From positions 512,001-576,000 of the forward strand of contig CAVVEU010000008.1 in the NCBI GenBank assembly GCA_963747235.1: DNA of 64,000 nucleotides, written 5' to 3'. This stretch comes from an uncultured Candidatus Rokubacteria bacterium (GTDB taxonomy: Bacteria; Methylomirabilota; Methylomirabilia; Rokubacteriales; CSP1-6). The position numbers were made by a program, and so were the translations under genes. Shown here piece by piece: positions 32,893 to 44,201 of the stretch. The notes below the pieces were generated by a model that did not search any database, was not told the DNA's origin, and saw only the letters and a program-made list of their open reading frames with translations. How positions within the stretch are numbered: the first letter of the stretch is position 1; each line of letters begins with the position of its first letter.

Positions 32893-34298
32893 ATGGCGTC
32901 AACGCTGCTCGATAAAGTCTGGGACGCTCACACGGTGCGCACGCTGCCCTCGGGGCAGACGCAGCTCCTGATCGGGCTCCATCTCATCCACGAGGTCACC
33001 TCGCCCCAGGCCTTCCAGGCCCTCAACGAGCTGAAGCTGCCGGTGCGCATGCCGCAGCGGACCTTCGCCACGCTCGACCACATCATCCCCACGACCGCCC
33101 AGCAGCGGCCGTTCGCCGACGCGGTGGCGGAGGAGATGGCGGTCCACATGATCCGCAACTCCCAGGGCGAGCGGGGTCACCCTGTTCGGGCTCGACAGCG
33201 GCCGGCAGGGCATCGTGCACGTGATCGGGCCCGAGCTCGGGCTGACCCAGCCGGGCATGACCATCGCGTGCGGCGACAGCCACACCGCGACGCACGGGGC
33301 GGTCGGGCGCGATCGCCTTCGGCATCGGCACCAGCCAGGTGCGCGACGTCCTGGCCACCCAGTGCCTGGCCATGGCCAAGCCCAAGCTCCGGCAGGTGCG
33401 GGTGGACGGCGCGCTCTCCAGGGGCGTCTACGCCAAGGACGTCATCCTCGCGATCATCCGCACCCTGGGGGTCAACGGGGGCGTGGGCTACGCCTACGAG
33501 TACGCGGGCGCGGTGGTGGACCGGATGACGATGGAGGAGCGGCTCACGCTCTGCAACATGTCCATCGAAGGCGGCGCCCGCTCCGGCTACGTCAACCCGG
33601 ACCAGACCACCTTCGACTACCTGCGCGGCCGCCAGTACGCCCCGCAGGGCGCGGCGTTCGACCGCGCGGTGACGTGGTGGACGGGCATGGCGTCCGACGC
33701 GAGCGCCTCGTACGACGACGTCAAGCGGCTCGACGGCAACGCCATCCCGCCGATGGTGACCTGGGGCATCAACCCGGGGCAGTCGGTCGGCGTGGGCGAG
33801 CGCATCCCGTCGCCCGAGTCGGCGCCGGAGCCGGAGCGCCCCACCTACCGCGAGGGCCTGGCCCACATGGGCTTCGAGGCGGGCCAGCCCATCGCGGGCG
33901 CCAAGATCGACGTGGTGTTCATCGGCTCGTGCACGAACTCGCGGATCTCGGACCTGCGGGTGGCCGCCGCGGTCGCCAAGGGCAACCGGGTGGCCAAGGG
34001 CGTGCGCGCGATCGTGGTGCCGGGCTCGCAGCTCGTGGCCAAGGAGGCGGAGGCCGAGGGGCTCCACGAGGTCTTCCGCGAGGCGGGCTTCGAGTGGCGG
34101 AACGCGGGCTGCTCGATGTGCCTCGGCATGAACGACGACAAGCTCAAGGGCCGCGAGATGAGCGCGTCCACCAGCAACCGCAACTTCATCGGGCGGCAGG
34201 GGAGCCCCACCGGCCGGACGCTCCTGATGAGCCCGGCCATGGCGGCGGCGGCCGCGCTCAACGGCGCGGTCACCGACGTGCGGGAGATGATGAAATGA
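32893..34298 (+). CDS. leuC: 3-isopropylmalate dehydratase large subunit; frameshifts ~33165 and ~33308
   Basis: [52 protein letters not shown]. Confidence 0.93.
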
Positions 34299-34888
34299 GC
34301 GAGAGCGCGCGGCGGCAGATCGCGGGGCGGGGCATTCCGGTCCCCGGCAACGACATCGACACCGATCGGATCATCCCGGCGCGGTTCCTCAAGACGGTCA
34401 CCAACGAGGGCCTGGGGCTTCACGCCTTCGAGGACGCGCGCAAGTCCGACCCGGAGCACTCGTTCAACCAGAAGGCGTACGAAGGCGCCTCGGTGCTGGT
34501 GGGGGGCATGAACTTCGGCTGCGGGTCCTCGCGCGAGCACGCGCCGGAATCGCTCAAGCAGTGGGGCATCAAGGCGATCGTGGCCGGCTCCTTCGCCGAG
34601 ATCTTCTTCGGCAACTGCACCATCCTCGGCATCCCGTGCCTGTCCATCTCGCAGGACGACGTGCTCTGGCTGCAGCGCGCGGTGGGCCGCGATCCGAAGC
34701 AGGCGGTCACGGTGGACGTGGAGCGGCAGGAGGTGCGCGTGGGCGATCGGGTCATCCCGGCCCGGATCGCCGACGGCGCGCGCAACCAGCTCGTCTCCGG
34801 GGCGTGGAACGCCACCGGCGTGCTGCTGGACGCGGGCGACGCGATCGAGGCCACCGCGGGGCGCCTGCCGTACGTCAAGGGCTTCTGA
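34295..34888 (+). CDS. leuD: 3-isopropylmalate dehydratase small subunit
   Basis: [35 protein letters not shown]. Confidence 0.95.
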   Translation: MSESARRQIAGRGIPVPGNDIDTDRIIPARFLKTVTNEGLGLHAFEDARKSDPEHSFNQKAYEGASVLVGGMNFGCGSSREHAPESLKQWGIKAIVAGSFAEIFFGNCTILGIPCLSISQDDVLWLQRAVGRDPKQAVTVDVERQEVRVGDRVIPARIADGARNQLVSGAWNATGVLLDAGDAIEATAGRLPYVKGF

Positions 34889-34893
34889 CCCGG

Positions 34894-35788
34894 GTGCCGA
34901 CCGTCCGCACGCCGATCCTCGAGATCGGCTACGAGGAGTGGGGCGACGCGACGGGCGCCCCGGTGGTCCTCCTCCACGGGTTTCCCGACGACGCGCACGC
35001 CTGGGACGCGGTGGCGCCGCCGCTGGCCGCGCGCGGCCACCGGGTGCTTGCGCCCTACCTGCGCGGCTACGGGCCCACCCGCTTCCTCGACGCGGACGCG
35101 CCGCGCATGGCGCAGCAGGCCGCGATCGGCCAGGACCTGCTGGACTTCCTGGACGCGCTCGGGATCGAGCGGGCCGCGCTGGCCGGCTACGACTGGGGCG
35201 GGCGCGCGGCCTGCATCACCGCCATCCTGGCGCCCGCGCGCGTGCGCGCTCTGGTCACCATCGGCGGCTACAACGTCCAGAACACGATCGCGGCGCCTCA
35301 GCCCGCCTCCGCACTGCAGGAGCGGGCCAACTGGTACCAGTGGTACTTCAACACCGAGCGGGGGCGTCTCGGCCTCGAGCAGAACCGCCGCGAGATCTGC
35401 CGGCTCCTCTGGCGGGACTGGTCGCCGGGCTGGCGCTTCGACGACGCGACGTTCGAGCGGGCGGCGGCCGCCTTCGACAACCCCGACTTCGTCCCGGTGG
35501 TGATTCACTCCTACCGGCACCGCTACCGCAACGCGCCGGGCGAGCCGCGCCTCGACGCGATCGAGCGCCGCCTGGCCGAGCGGCCGCGCCTCGAGGTGCC
35601 GAGCGCGATCCTGCACGGCCGCGACGACGGCGTGGACCCGCCGGCGCGCAGCGAGACGCACCCCGCCCTGTTCCCGGCCGGGACCGAGCGGCGCGTGATC
35701 CCGGACGCCGGCCACTTCCTCCCCCGCGAGCAGCCCGCGCGCGGTGGTGGACGCGCTCCTCTCCCTGCTGGCCCGGACGGCGCGGTAG
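34894..35788 (+). CDS. Alpha/beta hydrolase (epoxide hydrolase-like); frameshift ~35740
   Basis: LLHGFP, PYLRGYG, GYDWGG nucleophile, AGHFLPREQP. Confidence 0.88.
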
Positions 35789-35791
35789 GCC

Positions 35792-36658
35792 ATGTGGGTC
35801 CTGCTCGCGGTGCTCGCGGCCCTGTGCCAGGTGCTGCGCAACACGGTGATGAAGCGCCTCGGCCACTCGCTCGACGAGTACATCAACGTGTGGGGGCGCT
35901 TCACGTTCCTGCTCCCCTTCGCGGGCGCCTTCGTGCTGTGGAAGGGCGTGCCCGAGATCAAGCCCGGGTTCTATCTCGCCTGCGCCTCGTTCGCGGTGTG
36001 CCAGACCATCTCGACCATGGCGCTCTCCAAGGCGCTCAAGCTCGCCGAGATCTCCATGGTCACCGCGCTGTGGAAGGTGAGCCTGCTGATCCTGGTGGTG
36101 CTGGGCTACTTCACGCTGCGGGAGCAGCCGACGCTCCTCGGCATCGCGGGCATCCTGATCAGCATGTCGGGCGTCTACCTGCTGAACGTCCACCGCGCCC
36201 ACATCGCCTGGTGGGCGCCGCTGGCCGTGCTCTTCACCGATCGAGGGATGCGCTACACCCTGCTCGCCGCGCTCTTCTTCGCGCCGTCGGTGGTCACGAT
36301 CAAGTGGGCGATGCAGTGCTCCGACCAGTACATGGGCACGCTGGGCGGCTACGTGGCCGCGAGCCTGCTCGTCACCCCGATCGTGCTCAAGACCTCGCGG
36401 CGGCACTTCGTGGAGATCCCGAAATACTGGAAGGCCTTCGTGAGCTTCGGGCTCTTCGCCTCGCTCACCACGATCAGCCAGGGCACCGCCTACCTCATGA
36501 CGCTGTCCTCCTACGTGGAGGCGGTGAAGCAGGTGGAGATCCTCTTCGCGATGGCGATCGGCACCGTGATGTTCCACGAGAAGCAGAAGGTGCGGGACAT
36601 CGCGCCGGGGGCGCTGGTGATGCTGGCGGGCGTGGTGCTGCTGAGCCTGGCGGGCTAG
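35792..36658 (+). CDS. EamA/DMT-family transporter
   Basis: ~10 TM segments in two repeats; [15 protein letters not shown]. Confidence 0.85.
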   Translation: MWVLLAVLAALCQVLRNTVMKRLGHSLDEYINVWGRFTFLLPFAGAFVLWKGVPEIKPGFYLACASFAVCQTISTMALSKALKLAEISMVTALWKVSLLILVVLGYFTLREQPTLLGIAGILISMSGVYLLNVHRAHIAWWAPLAVLFTDRGMRYTLLAALFFAPSVVTIKWAMQCSDQYMGTLGGYVAASLLVTPIVLKTSRRHFVEIPKYWKAFVSFGLFASLTTISQGTAYLMTLSSYVEAVKQVEILFAMAIGTVMFHEKQKVRDIAPGALVMLAGVVLLSLAG

Positions 36659-37020
36659 ATCTCCGGCCGCTTGCCGTGGGTGGCGCGGACCACCGTCTTG
36701 ATCCCGCCGCGCACCGTGAAGTCTCCGATCACCTCGATCCAGCGCGGCGCCGCCGCGGCCACGAAGTCGTTCAGGATCCGGTTGGTCACGTCCTCGTGAA
36801 ACGCCCCTTCGTTCCGGTACGACCAGATGTAGAGCTTGATCGCCTTCAGCTCGAGCAGGTGCCGGTCCGGCACGTATCGCACCCGAATAGTCGCGAAGTC
36901 GGGCTGGCCGGTGCGGGGGCAGACGCAGGTGAACTCGGGGATCTCGAGGCTGATCTCGTAGTCGCGGTCCGGGTGCGGATTGGGCACGACCTCGAGCGCC
37001 TTCGACGGCTGCGTGGGCAT
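36655..37020 (-). CDS. queF: NADPH-dependent preQ0 reductase QueF (type I)
   Basis: [32 protein letters not shown]. Confidence 0.95.
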   Translation of the reverse strand: MPTQPSKALEVVPNPHPDRDYEISLEIPEFTCVCPRTGQPDFATIRVRYVPDRHLLELKAIKLYIWSYRNEGAFHEDVTNRILNDFVAAAAPRWIEVIGDFTVRGGIKTVVRATHGKRPEI

Positions 37021-37060
37021 GGCCCGACGCTACCGCGCCGCCGGGCAGGGGTCAAGGCGG

Positions 37061-37969
37061 TCAGCGGCGGACGGTGAGGCCGATGCCGGCCGCGACCATG
37101 ACGCTCGAGAGGAGCAGCAGCGGGCTCAGCTCGTCCCCGGTGATCGCGGCGGCGACGAGCACGCCGAAGAGCGGGGTGGTGAGCGAGCAGGTGGCGAGCG
37201 CGCTCGCCAGGTAGACCTTGAAGAGATACGAGTTGACGATGAAGTTGAAGCCGGCCACCACCGCGCCCTGGTAGAAGAGCGAGGCGGCCAGGGCGGGCGT
37301 GTAGCGAGTGGGAGCGCCCGACTCCAGCAACACGCTCGCGACCAGGAAGCAGGCGCTTCCGATGGCGGACTGGAAGACGAGCAGCTTGAGCGGATCGAAC
37401 CTCTGGACCGCGCGCGCCATGTACACGACCCGCTCCGCGAGCAGCACCGCGCTGCCCGCCACCACGAGGTCGCCGACCAGGGTCTCGCTCCGGAGCGAGA
37501 AGTCGCGCGCGAAGAGGAGCACGATGCCGGTGTAGGCGATCAGCACGCCGCCCACCTTGGCGGGCGTGAGGCGATCGCCCGGGATCATGAAGTGGGCGAG
37601 CACCACCGTGTGCACCGCGTAGGAGTTGAGGATCACCGCGCCGTGGGAGGCGGTGGTGAGGCCGATCCCCACGTTCATGGTGCCGATCTGCACCGAGAAG
37701 ATCACCCCGAGCGAGATCAGCACACGCCACTCGCCCCGTCGCACGTCGAAGAGGCCCGGATGGCGCAGCCACCACGCGTAGGCCAGGACCACGAGGCCGC
37801 CCAGGACGAAGCGGAAGAACGCGAGGCGCAGCGGGGGCGCGTCGGCGAGGCCGACCTTCACCGCGATCGGGTTGGCGCCCCACAGCGCGGCCAGCGTGAG
37901 CGCGGTCGCGGTGCCGCGCCAGTCGAGGGGACGGAGGGAAGCCACTAGAAGGCGCGCGCGCGGCGCCAC
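37061..37969 (-). CDS. EamA/DMT-family transporter
   Basis: LWGANPIAVK...R, ~10 TM segments, TPLFGV...GD. Confidence 0.88.
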   Translation of the reverse strand: MAPRARLLVASLRPLDWRGTATALTLAALWGANPIAVKVGLADAPPLRLAFFRFVLGGLVVLAYAWWLRHPGLFDVRRGEWRVLISLGVIFSVQIGTMNVGIGLTTASHGAVILNSYAVHTVVLAHFMIPGDRLTPAKVGGVLIAYTGIVLLFARDFSLRSETLVGDLVVAGSAVLLAERVVYMARAVQRFDPLKLLVFQSAIGSACFLVASVLLESGAPTRYTPALAASLFYQGAVVAGFNFIVNSYLFKVYLASALATCSLTTPLFGVLVAAAITGDELSPLLLLSSVMVAAGIGLTVRR

Positions 37970-38008
37970 GGGACGGCCATGTCGGCGGCTATGGTAGCAT
38001 GGCCTTCC

Positions 38009-39088
38009 ATGAAGATCGGGCTCGTCGGCCTTCCCAAGAGCGGCAAGACCTCACTGTTCAACCTGCTGACCGGCGCGACCGTCGCGACCTCGTCGTTCGG
38101 CACCGCGCGCGGCGAGATGCACGCGGGCGTGGCCCGGGTGCCCGACGCGCGCGTCGAGCGCCTGACCGCGATGTTCAAGCCGAAGAAGACGACCTACGCC
38201 ACCTTCGAGGTGGTGGACCTCGCGGGGATCGCGAAGGGCGAGCGGCAGGGGCTCGAGGCCAAGGAGTTCCGCAATGCCGACGCGCTGCTGCACGTGGTGC
38301 GCGCGTTCCCGGACACCGCGGGCACCGCCGCCGATCCGGGCGGCGACATCGACGATCTGGAGACCGAGCTGATCCTGGCCGATCTCGAGGTGGTGGAGCG
38401 GCGGCTCGAGCGGCTCGAAGCGCAGATCAAGAAGAAGCGGACCGACACCGACGTGTACGAGCAGACGGTGCTCCTGAAGGTGAAGCCCCTGCTCGAGTCC
38501 GAGCGACCGATCCGCGCGATGGGTCTCAGCGACGACGAGGCGCGGGCCCTCCGCGGCTTCACCTTCCTGTCCCAGAAGCCCATCCTCCACTGCCTGAACC
38601 TGTCCGAGAAGGAGATCGCGCGCGGGACCACGCTCGTGGAGAGCTTCGGGCTCCAGGCGGTGGCGGCGCGCCCGGCCACGCGCCTCGGCTGGGTCTCCGC
38701 GGTGATCGAGGCGGAGGTCGCGCAGCTCGCGGGGCCGGAGCAGGCCGCGTTCCTGGCCGACCTGGGCCTGACCGAGCCGGCGATCGGCCGCGTGCTGCAG
38801 GACTGCTACGCGCTGCTCGGCCTCATCTCGTTCTTCACGGTGGGCGAGGACGAGGTGCGCGCCTGGTCCGTCCCGCGCGCCACCCGCGCCCAGGACGCGG
38901 CCGGGGCCATCCATTCGGACATCGCGCGGGGCTTCATCCGCGCCGAGGTCGTGGGCTACGACGACCTCCTGGCCGCCGACGGCTCGATGGCCACCGCGCG
39001 CGAGCGCGGGCGGTTCCGGCTCGAGGGCAAGGACTATCAGGTCCTGGACGGAGAGATCTGCCACTTCCGCTTCAACGTGGGCAAGTAG
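38009..39088 (+). CDS. ychF: Redox-regulated ATPase YchF (Obg family)
   Basis: GLPKSGKT, DLAG, NLSE, ISFFTVGEDEVRAW, AGAIHSD, EGKDY. Confidence 0.9.
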   Translation: MKIGLVGLPKSGKTSLFNLLTGATVATSSFGTARGEMHAGVARVPDARVERLTAMFKPKKTTYATFEVVDLAGIAKGERQGLEAKEFRNADALLHVVRAFPDTAGTAADPGGDIDDLETELILADLEVVERRLERLEAQIKKKRTDTDVYEQTVLLKVKPLLESERPIRAMGLSDDEARALRGFTFLSQKPILHCLNLSEKEIARGTTLVESFGLQAVAARPATRLGWVSAVIEAEVAQLAGPEQAAFLADLGLTEPAIGRVLQDCYALLGLISFFTVGEDEVRAWSVPRATRAQDAAGAIHSDIARGFIRAEVVGYDDLLAADGSMATARERGRFRLEGKDYQVLDGEICHFRFNVGK

Positions 39089-39096
39089 CCCACCGC

Positions 39097-39763
39097 CTAG
39101 CTCGGCAGCTTCCCCCACGCGACCCAGTGGCGGTCGCTGACCATCTCGCAGCGCAGGCGATCGAGCCCCGCCTTCGCGATCTGGGCCCGCACCTCGTCCA
39201 GGGTAAAGGCCGCGCAGAGCGAGTGGAAGAAATCGCGCTTGAGCACCTCCGGCTCGTCCGCCGAGTACGTCTCGACGATCGCGCGCGCCCGCTCGGGGGA
39301 TTCCGGGCGGTGCAGATCCATGATCAGGGCCGGGGCGCCCGCGCGGCCGAGCCGCGCGACCTCGGACCAGAACACGTCCGCGTGCGGCATGTGGTGCAGC
39401 AGGCTGTTGGAGACGACGGCGTGGAAGCCGCCCGGCGCGCGTCCGAGGCCCGGCAGGCGCGCGCGGACGAGCGCGACGCGGCTCGCGAGTCCGGCGGCGG
39501 CCACCGCACGGCGGCCGGGCGCGAGCATCACCTCCGATCCGTCCACGCCGGTCACGGTGACGGCGGGCAGGGCCCGGCAGAAGCGGATCGGGATGTCGGC
39601 CGGCCCGCAGCCGAGATCCACGAGCCGGCCGCGCGTGAAGTCGGGGAAGAGGGCGCGGAAGCGGTCCACGAAGCGCCTGATTCACCGTCGCGAAGTCTCC
39701 CGCCGCGTAGGCTTCCGCCTGGTCCGGGTCGGTCATCAGCTCGGGCTCGAGCACGCGGTTCAT
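39097..39763 (-). CDS. Class I SAM-dependent methyltransferase; frameshift ~39675
   Basis: MNRVLEPELM...QAEAYAAGDF, DLGCGPAD, SNSLLHH. Confidence 0.85.
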
Positions 39764-40335
39764 CGGCGCGCGTCCTTCGTCCCCTGGCGGCACTCGATGG
39801 GCAGGGTGAGGGTGAAGCGGTCGGCGGGATAGACCCGCTGCGGATCGTGGCAGCCCACCGCGGCGCCGAGCGGATCCTCGGTGCCGCGCAGGTCGCCGTC
39901 GCGATGCGAGGCGCAGGCGGTGGTGCAGAGCTCGAGGTGCACGTGGGGCACGCCCGCCGCATTGCCCGAGGCGCCGGAGAACCCGATGCGCTCACCGCGC
40001 GCGACGGCCTGTCCGGTCGCGACCACGGCGCGCGTCAGGTGGCAGTACGCGGTCCAGCGCTTGAAGCGGGGATGCGAGAGCACCACCCCGACTCCGCACC
40101 CCGGCTCGTAGTCGATCAGCAGGCTGACGACCCCATCGGCGGCGGCCAGCACCGGCGTGCCGACCGGCGCCGCGAAGTCCACGCCGGCGTGGGGCAGCAG
40201 GCGCGGGCGCGCGTTGGCGCCGAGCCGCGAGCGGTAGGGCGAGAGGATGACCACGTCGACCGCCTCCTCGGCGGCCGAGACGACCGACGCGACGAGGAGG
40301 ACCGCGACGGCGAGTCCGGAGCGAACACCGGGCAT
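39760..40335 (-). CDS. Secreted M23-family metallopeptidase
   Basis: Signal peptide; HAGVD (HxxxD), GTPVLAAADG, YCHL, PHVHLE (HxH). Confidence 0.88.
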   Translation of the reverse strand: MPGVRSGLAVAVLLVASVVSAAEEAVDVVILSPYRSRLGANARPRLLPHAGVDFAAPVGTPVLAAADGVVSLLIDYEPGCGVGVVLSHPRFKRWTAYCHLTRAVVATGQAVARGERIGFSGASGNAAGVPHVHLELCTTACASHRDGDLRGTEDPLGAAVGCHDPQRVYPADRFTLTLPIECRQGTKDARR

Positions 40336-40338
40336 GCG

Positions 40339-41347
40339 CTACTGGGGCCGGAGGAAGCCGAGCTTCGGCACGCCGCCCAGGGTCTGCGCGACCTTCACCA
40401 GGGTCGCGTCCGAGGTGCCGACCGGCAGCACGCAGCCCGCGCCCAGGAAGACGCCGCGGCCGGCCGTCTGGGCGAGCGCGTCCTGGATCTGGGCGAGCGC
40501 GGCCTCGGGGCTCGCGTCCTGCAGCGCGCTCCACTGGTCGAGCCCGCCGATGACCGCGCCCGGCACGCGGGCCTGGCCCTCCCGCAGCGACGGGCCGGCG
40601 CGGCGGTCGTCCCAGTTCCAGGCGTCCGCGGGCAGGGCGGCGAGGCGATCGAACATCAGGCGCTCGCCGTGGCAGTGCAGGATCGTGAGCTTGGAACGCG
40701 GACGGACGGCTTCCAGGATGCGCCGGTCGTAGGGCTCGCCGAAGCGCCGGTATTCTTCCTCGGTGTGGAAGGCGGTGCTGGCCGCCTGCACCGAGTAGAA
40801 GATGCCCTCCGCGCTCTCCCGGAAGCAGGCCTCCATGAACGCGAGGATCGTCTCGGTGATGGCCTCGAGGGCGTCGGTGACCGCCTGCGGGTTCTCCTTG
40901 AGATCGTAGTTGAGCCGGTCGCCCGAGAGCTTGCGCGCGAGCGAGAGCGGGCTGAACACGGTCGGGATGGTGGGGCAGTCCACGCGGCGGTCCACCACGC
41001 AGCGGATGATGGTCTCGAGGTGCGAGGCCCACTCGGTGGACTCCATCTTCACCGGGCGGATCTTCTTCCAGTCCTCGGGGGCGTTGACCGCGTGCCGCGC
41101 GCACGGCCGGTGGCCGTCCGGGCAGGACCTCCGCGCTCTCGACGCATCCCCAGTCCGCCACCGCGTAGCCGCCGGTCGGCGTCACCTTGAGGAAGTCCGA
41201 CTGGTAGCGCTCGTGAAAGCGCAGGGTGGACTGCGCCAGCGCGGCCGGGTTGCGATCCACGTCGGGGAAATGGCGCCAGAAGGCGTAGGGCGGCCGATCG
41301 GTGGGCTCGCGCCGGAGCGCGGCCAGGACTCGCTCGAGCTTGGTCAT
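40339..41347 (-). CDS. Uroporphyrinogen decarboxylase/MtaA-like TIM-barrel protein; frameshift ~41123
   Basis: MTKLERVLAALRREPTDRPP, TVFSPLS, ILHCHG, VIGGLD, LGAGC. Confidence 0.82.
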
Positions 41348-42240
41348 GGCGCCAGCACGAGCTCCGCGTCGCGCACCGCGGGGCGGCCGTCCTCGGCGAG
41401 CGCCTCGAAGCCCACGACGGCGCCGGCCGTCGACGGCCGGGGCGCCTGCCCGCGGACCACGCAGGCGCGAGGGCATCCGCACCATGGCGCCGAAGCGGGC
41501 GGTCACCGCGCGCACCGGCGTGGCCGCGCCGCGCGGCTGCTGCCGCAGCGCCTGCGAGATGGCGAGGGCCAGCGTGGCGGTGCCGTGGAGGATGATGTCG
41601 GGGAGCCCGGCGCCGAGCGCGACCGCGCGGTCGGTGTGGATCGGGTTCCAGATGCGCGCGCATTCCGTGTAGACGTGGGCGAGGGTGGCGGCGATCGGCA
41701 CCTCCGACCACCGACCACGCCCTCACCCTGCCCTCTCCCCTGAGGGGAGAGGGTCTCGCGCTCCCTCTCCCCCTGGGGAGAGGGGCGGGGTGAGGGGCGG
41801 TCGCACTCCACGCCGAGGTACAGCGAGCCGTACTCGGTGGTGCTCACGGGCCGGCCCGCCGCGTCCACCGTCTCCATGCGCAGCACCAGATAGGCGCCGG
41901 GCGTCCGGCGCTCGAGCGCGGCGACGGTGGCGGTGGTGCTGAGCCGGTCGCCCGCGCGCGGCGGCCGGTGCAGGGTGAGGCGATGGGTCGCGTGCACGCC
42001 GCGCACCGCGACCTCGTCCGGCAGCGCCTTGGCCCGCACGTCCAGCGCGAGCGGCCACTCGTAGCAGACGGGAAAGAGCGGGTGGGCGAGGACGCCGGCC
42101 GGCCGCGTGGTGTCGAAGTACTCGGGGGCGGACTCGCCGAGCGCGGCCGCGTAGGCCATCAGCCAGCGGGCGTCCACCTCGTGCTCGCGCGGGCCGACCG
42201 TGATGCCGACGGCGGAGGCGGGAATGCGCAGGGCCGTCAT
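41344..42240 (-). CDS. Double hot-dog MaoC/PhaJ-like dehydratase with repeat-derived linker; frameshifts ~41705 and ~41460
   Basis: AHPLFPVCYEW, GVHATH; second domain WNPIHTD...ILHGTATLA. Confidence 0.8.
41720..41796. repeat. BoxC-like palindromic repeat, intragenic copy
   Basis: CCCTCACCCTG-CCCTCTCCCC-TGA-GGGGAGAGGG...CCCTCTCCCC-CT-GGGGAGAGGG-GCGGGGTGAGGG. Confidence 0.75.
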
Positions 42241-44094
42241 GGCACGCGGGGGAAGTTCATGCAGTCCACGAAGATGGTCTCGAAGTCGGGGTGCGCGGCG
42301 AGCGAGACGTGCTCGATGCGCCGAGGCGATGACCTCGGCCCGGGCGCGCTCGGCCTCGGAGACCAGCGCGAGCTGCGCGCCCAGCGCGGCCGCGTTGCCG
42401 ACGTAGCGGATCTTCGCTTCCGGGAGATCGGGCGGGATGAGCCCGATGCGCAGCGCGCTGCGCACCGAGAGGTAGTTGCCGAAGCCGCCCGCCAGCATCA
42501 GCTCCTCGATCTGCTCGGGGCCGACGCCCGCGATGTGCCGCAGCATGGCGACCCCGGAGGCGATGGCGCCCTTGCAGAGCTGCACCTGCCGGATGTCGTC
42601 CTGGGTGAGCACGATCTCGCGCTCCGCGCCGTGCTCGCCGGGACGCGCGAGCACGACCACCCGCTCCTCGCCGCGCATCTCCACGCGCGAGCGCATGGGG
42701 GCGGGGAGCCGGTCGCGCCCGTCCACGTCGATGAGCCCGGTCCAGTCCACCACGCCCAGGTCGAGCAGGGCGGCCACCGCGTCCACGAGGCCGGAGCCGC
42801 AGATCCCCTGGGCGGGCGCGTCGCCGATGGTGTGCAGGCGGAGGTCGCCGTCCTCCACGCCCACGCGGTCGATGGCGCCGATGGCCGCGCGCATGCCGTG
42901 CCGGATCTGGGCGCCCTCGAGCGCGGGGCCGGCGGGAGCCGAGCACGCCCACAGCCGCTCGCGCGAGCCGAGCAGGACTTCCCCATTCGTCCCGATATCC
43001 ACCGCGATGCGGAGCGCGGGCGATTCGTCCATGCGGGTCGCGAGCGCCACCGCCACCGCGTCCGCGCCCACGAAGCCGGCCACGATCGGGAGCAGGCACA
43101 CGCGCGCCTCGGGGGGCAGCTTGAGGAAGAGATCGCGCGCGGGCAGCGTGAGCGGGTGCCGCATCACCGGCGCGTAGGGGGCGAGGCCCACGTAGGAGGG
43201 ATCGATGCCCAGCAGCAGGTGGTGCATGCAGGTGTTGCCCACGATCACGACCTTGTAGATCCACTTGGACAGGACGCCCGACTCGCGCGCGATCTGCTCG
43301 ATGTGCTGGTTGAGCAGGCCGATGATGCGCGTCTGCAGCTTGCGGAGGTTGCCCGGGTCGAACTGGGCGAAGGCGATGCGCGACATCAGGTCGCCGCCGA
43401 AGACGGCCTGCGGGTTCAGGCTCGACGCCGACGCGAGCTGCTCGCCCGACTCGAGCTCCATGAGGGTGGTCACCACGCTGGTGGTCCCGATGTCGATGGC
43501 GAGGCCGTACTTGTGGAGCGCGGTGTCGCCCGCTTCCACGGCCAGGACCTGGCGGCCGAACGTGGTCACCGTCACCTCGCCGTCGCGCTCGCGCAGCGCC
43601 GCGGGCAGCGTCTTGAGCACCGCGGGCGGAACGTCCTCGATCGCGCCCCCCGTCGCGGCGAGCAGCGCCTCCAGGTCGGAGGTCTGGAGATGCTCGTCCT
43701 TGGGCAGGGTCACCTGGACCGCGCGCTTGCGGATCCCCGCGTCGATCGAGATCGGCGCGGGCGCGCCGGCCGGCCGCTCGCCCCCCAGGATCTGGAAGGT
43801 CGTGTCGTCGAGCGGCGGCGCGATCTGCACGGTGACCGCCTCGGTGACCGGCCACTGGCAGGAGAGCCGGTAGCCCTCGCGCACGAGGGCGTCGCCGAGC
43901 TGCAGCTCGTCCATGATGGTGGGCGGCGGCGCGGTGCCCGCGACCAGCTTGACCCGGCAGGAGGTGCAGCGGCCCCGTCCGCCGCAGATCGCGTTGATGT
44001 CCACGCCGCCGGCGTGCGCGGCCTTCAGGATGGTCGTGCCGGGCTTGGTGTCGAGGACGCGCGGGCCGGGCAGAATGGTCAGGGAAATCGCCAT
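42237..44094 (-). CDS. RACo-type ATP-dependent reductive activator of corrinoid proteins (2Fe-2S + ASKHA); frameshift ~42320
   Basis: CGGRGRCTSC...RLSC ferredoxin; AIDIGTT, NPQ..FGGDLMSRI, GFVGAD, DIGTNGE, AGPALEG, GICGSG, LAGGFG, GNAA. Confidence 0.9.
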
Positions 44095-44201
44095 GCGCGC
44101 GCAGGATACCATTCTTTTTCTTGACTTTACGCGCGTGTTTGCCGATAGTTACCTACTAACCCGTCACAGGGTTTGGGCGGGCACTGCTTCCGGGGGGTGC
44201 G

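Noticed and set aside
32893-34298. leuC as pseudogene or programmed frameshift
   Set aside because: All motifs are intact, no slippery heptamer is evident, and the same indel pattern occurs throughout the window
37021-37060. preQ1 riboswitch upstream of queF
   Set aside because: Only 40 nt, occupied by a promoter-like sequence 6 nt before ATG; no A-rich tail or aptamer stem
37999-41190. Long Arg/Gly/Ala-rich shadow ORFs (also 52449..55097, 24573..26960 and others)
   Set aside because: Expected in very GC-rich DNA; they overlap well-supported genes and lack motifs
41503-44112. Apparent RACo-MaoC fusion
   Set aside because: A frameshift at ~42320 skips the RACo ending (HVSLAAHPDFETIFVDCMNFP..*), whose stop overlaps the MaoC ATG
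44095-44201. Cobalamin riboswitch near RACo/opp
   Set aside because: The gap is about 107 nt, holds promoter-like elements, and I see no B12-box consensus
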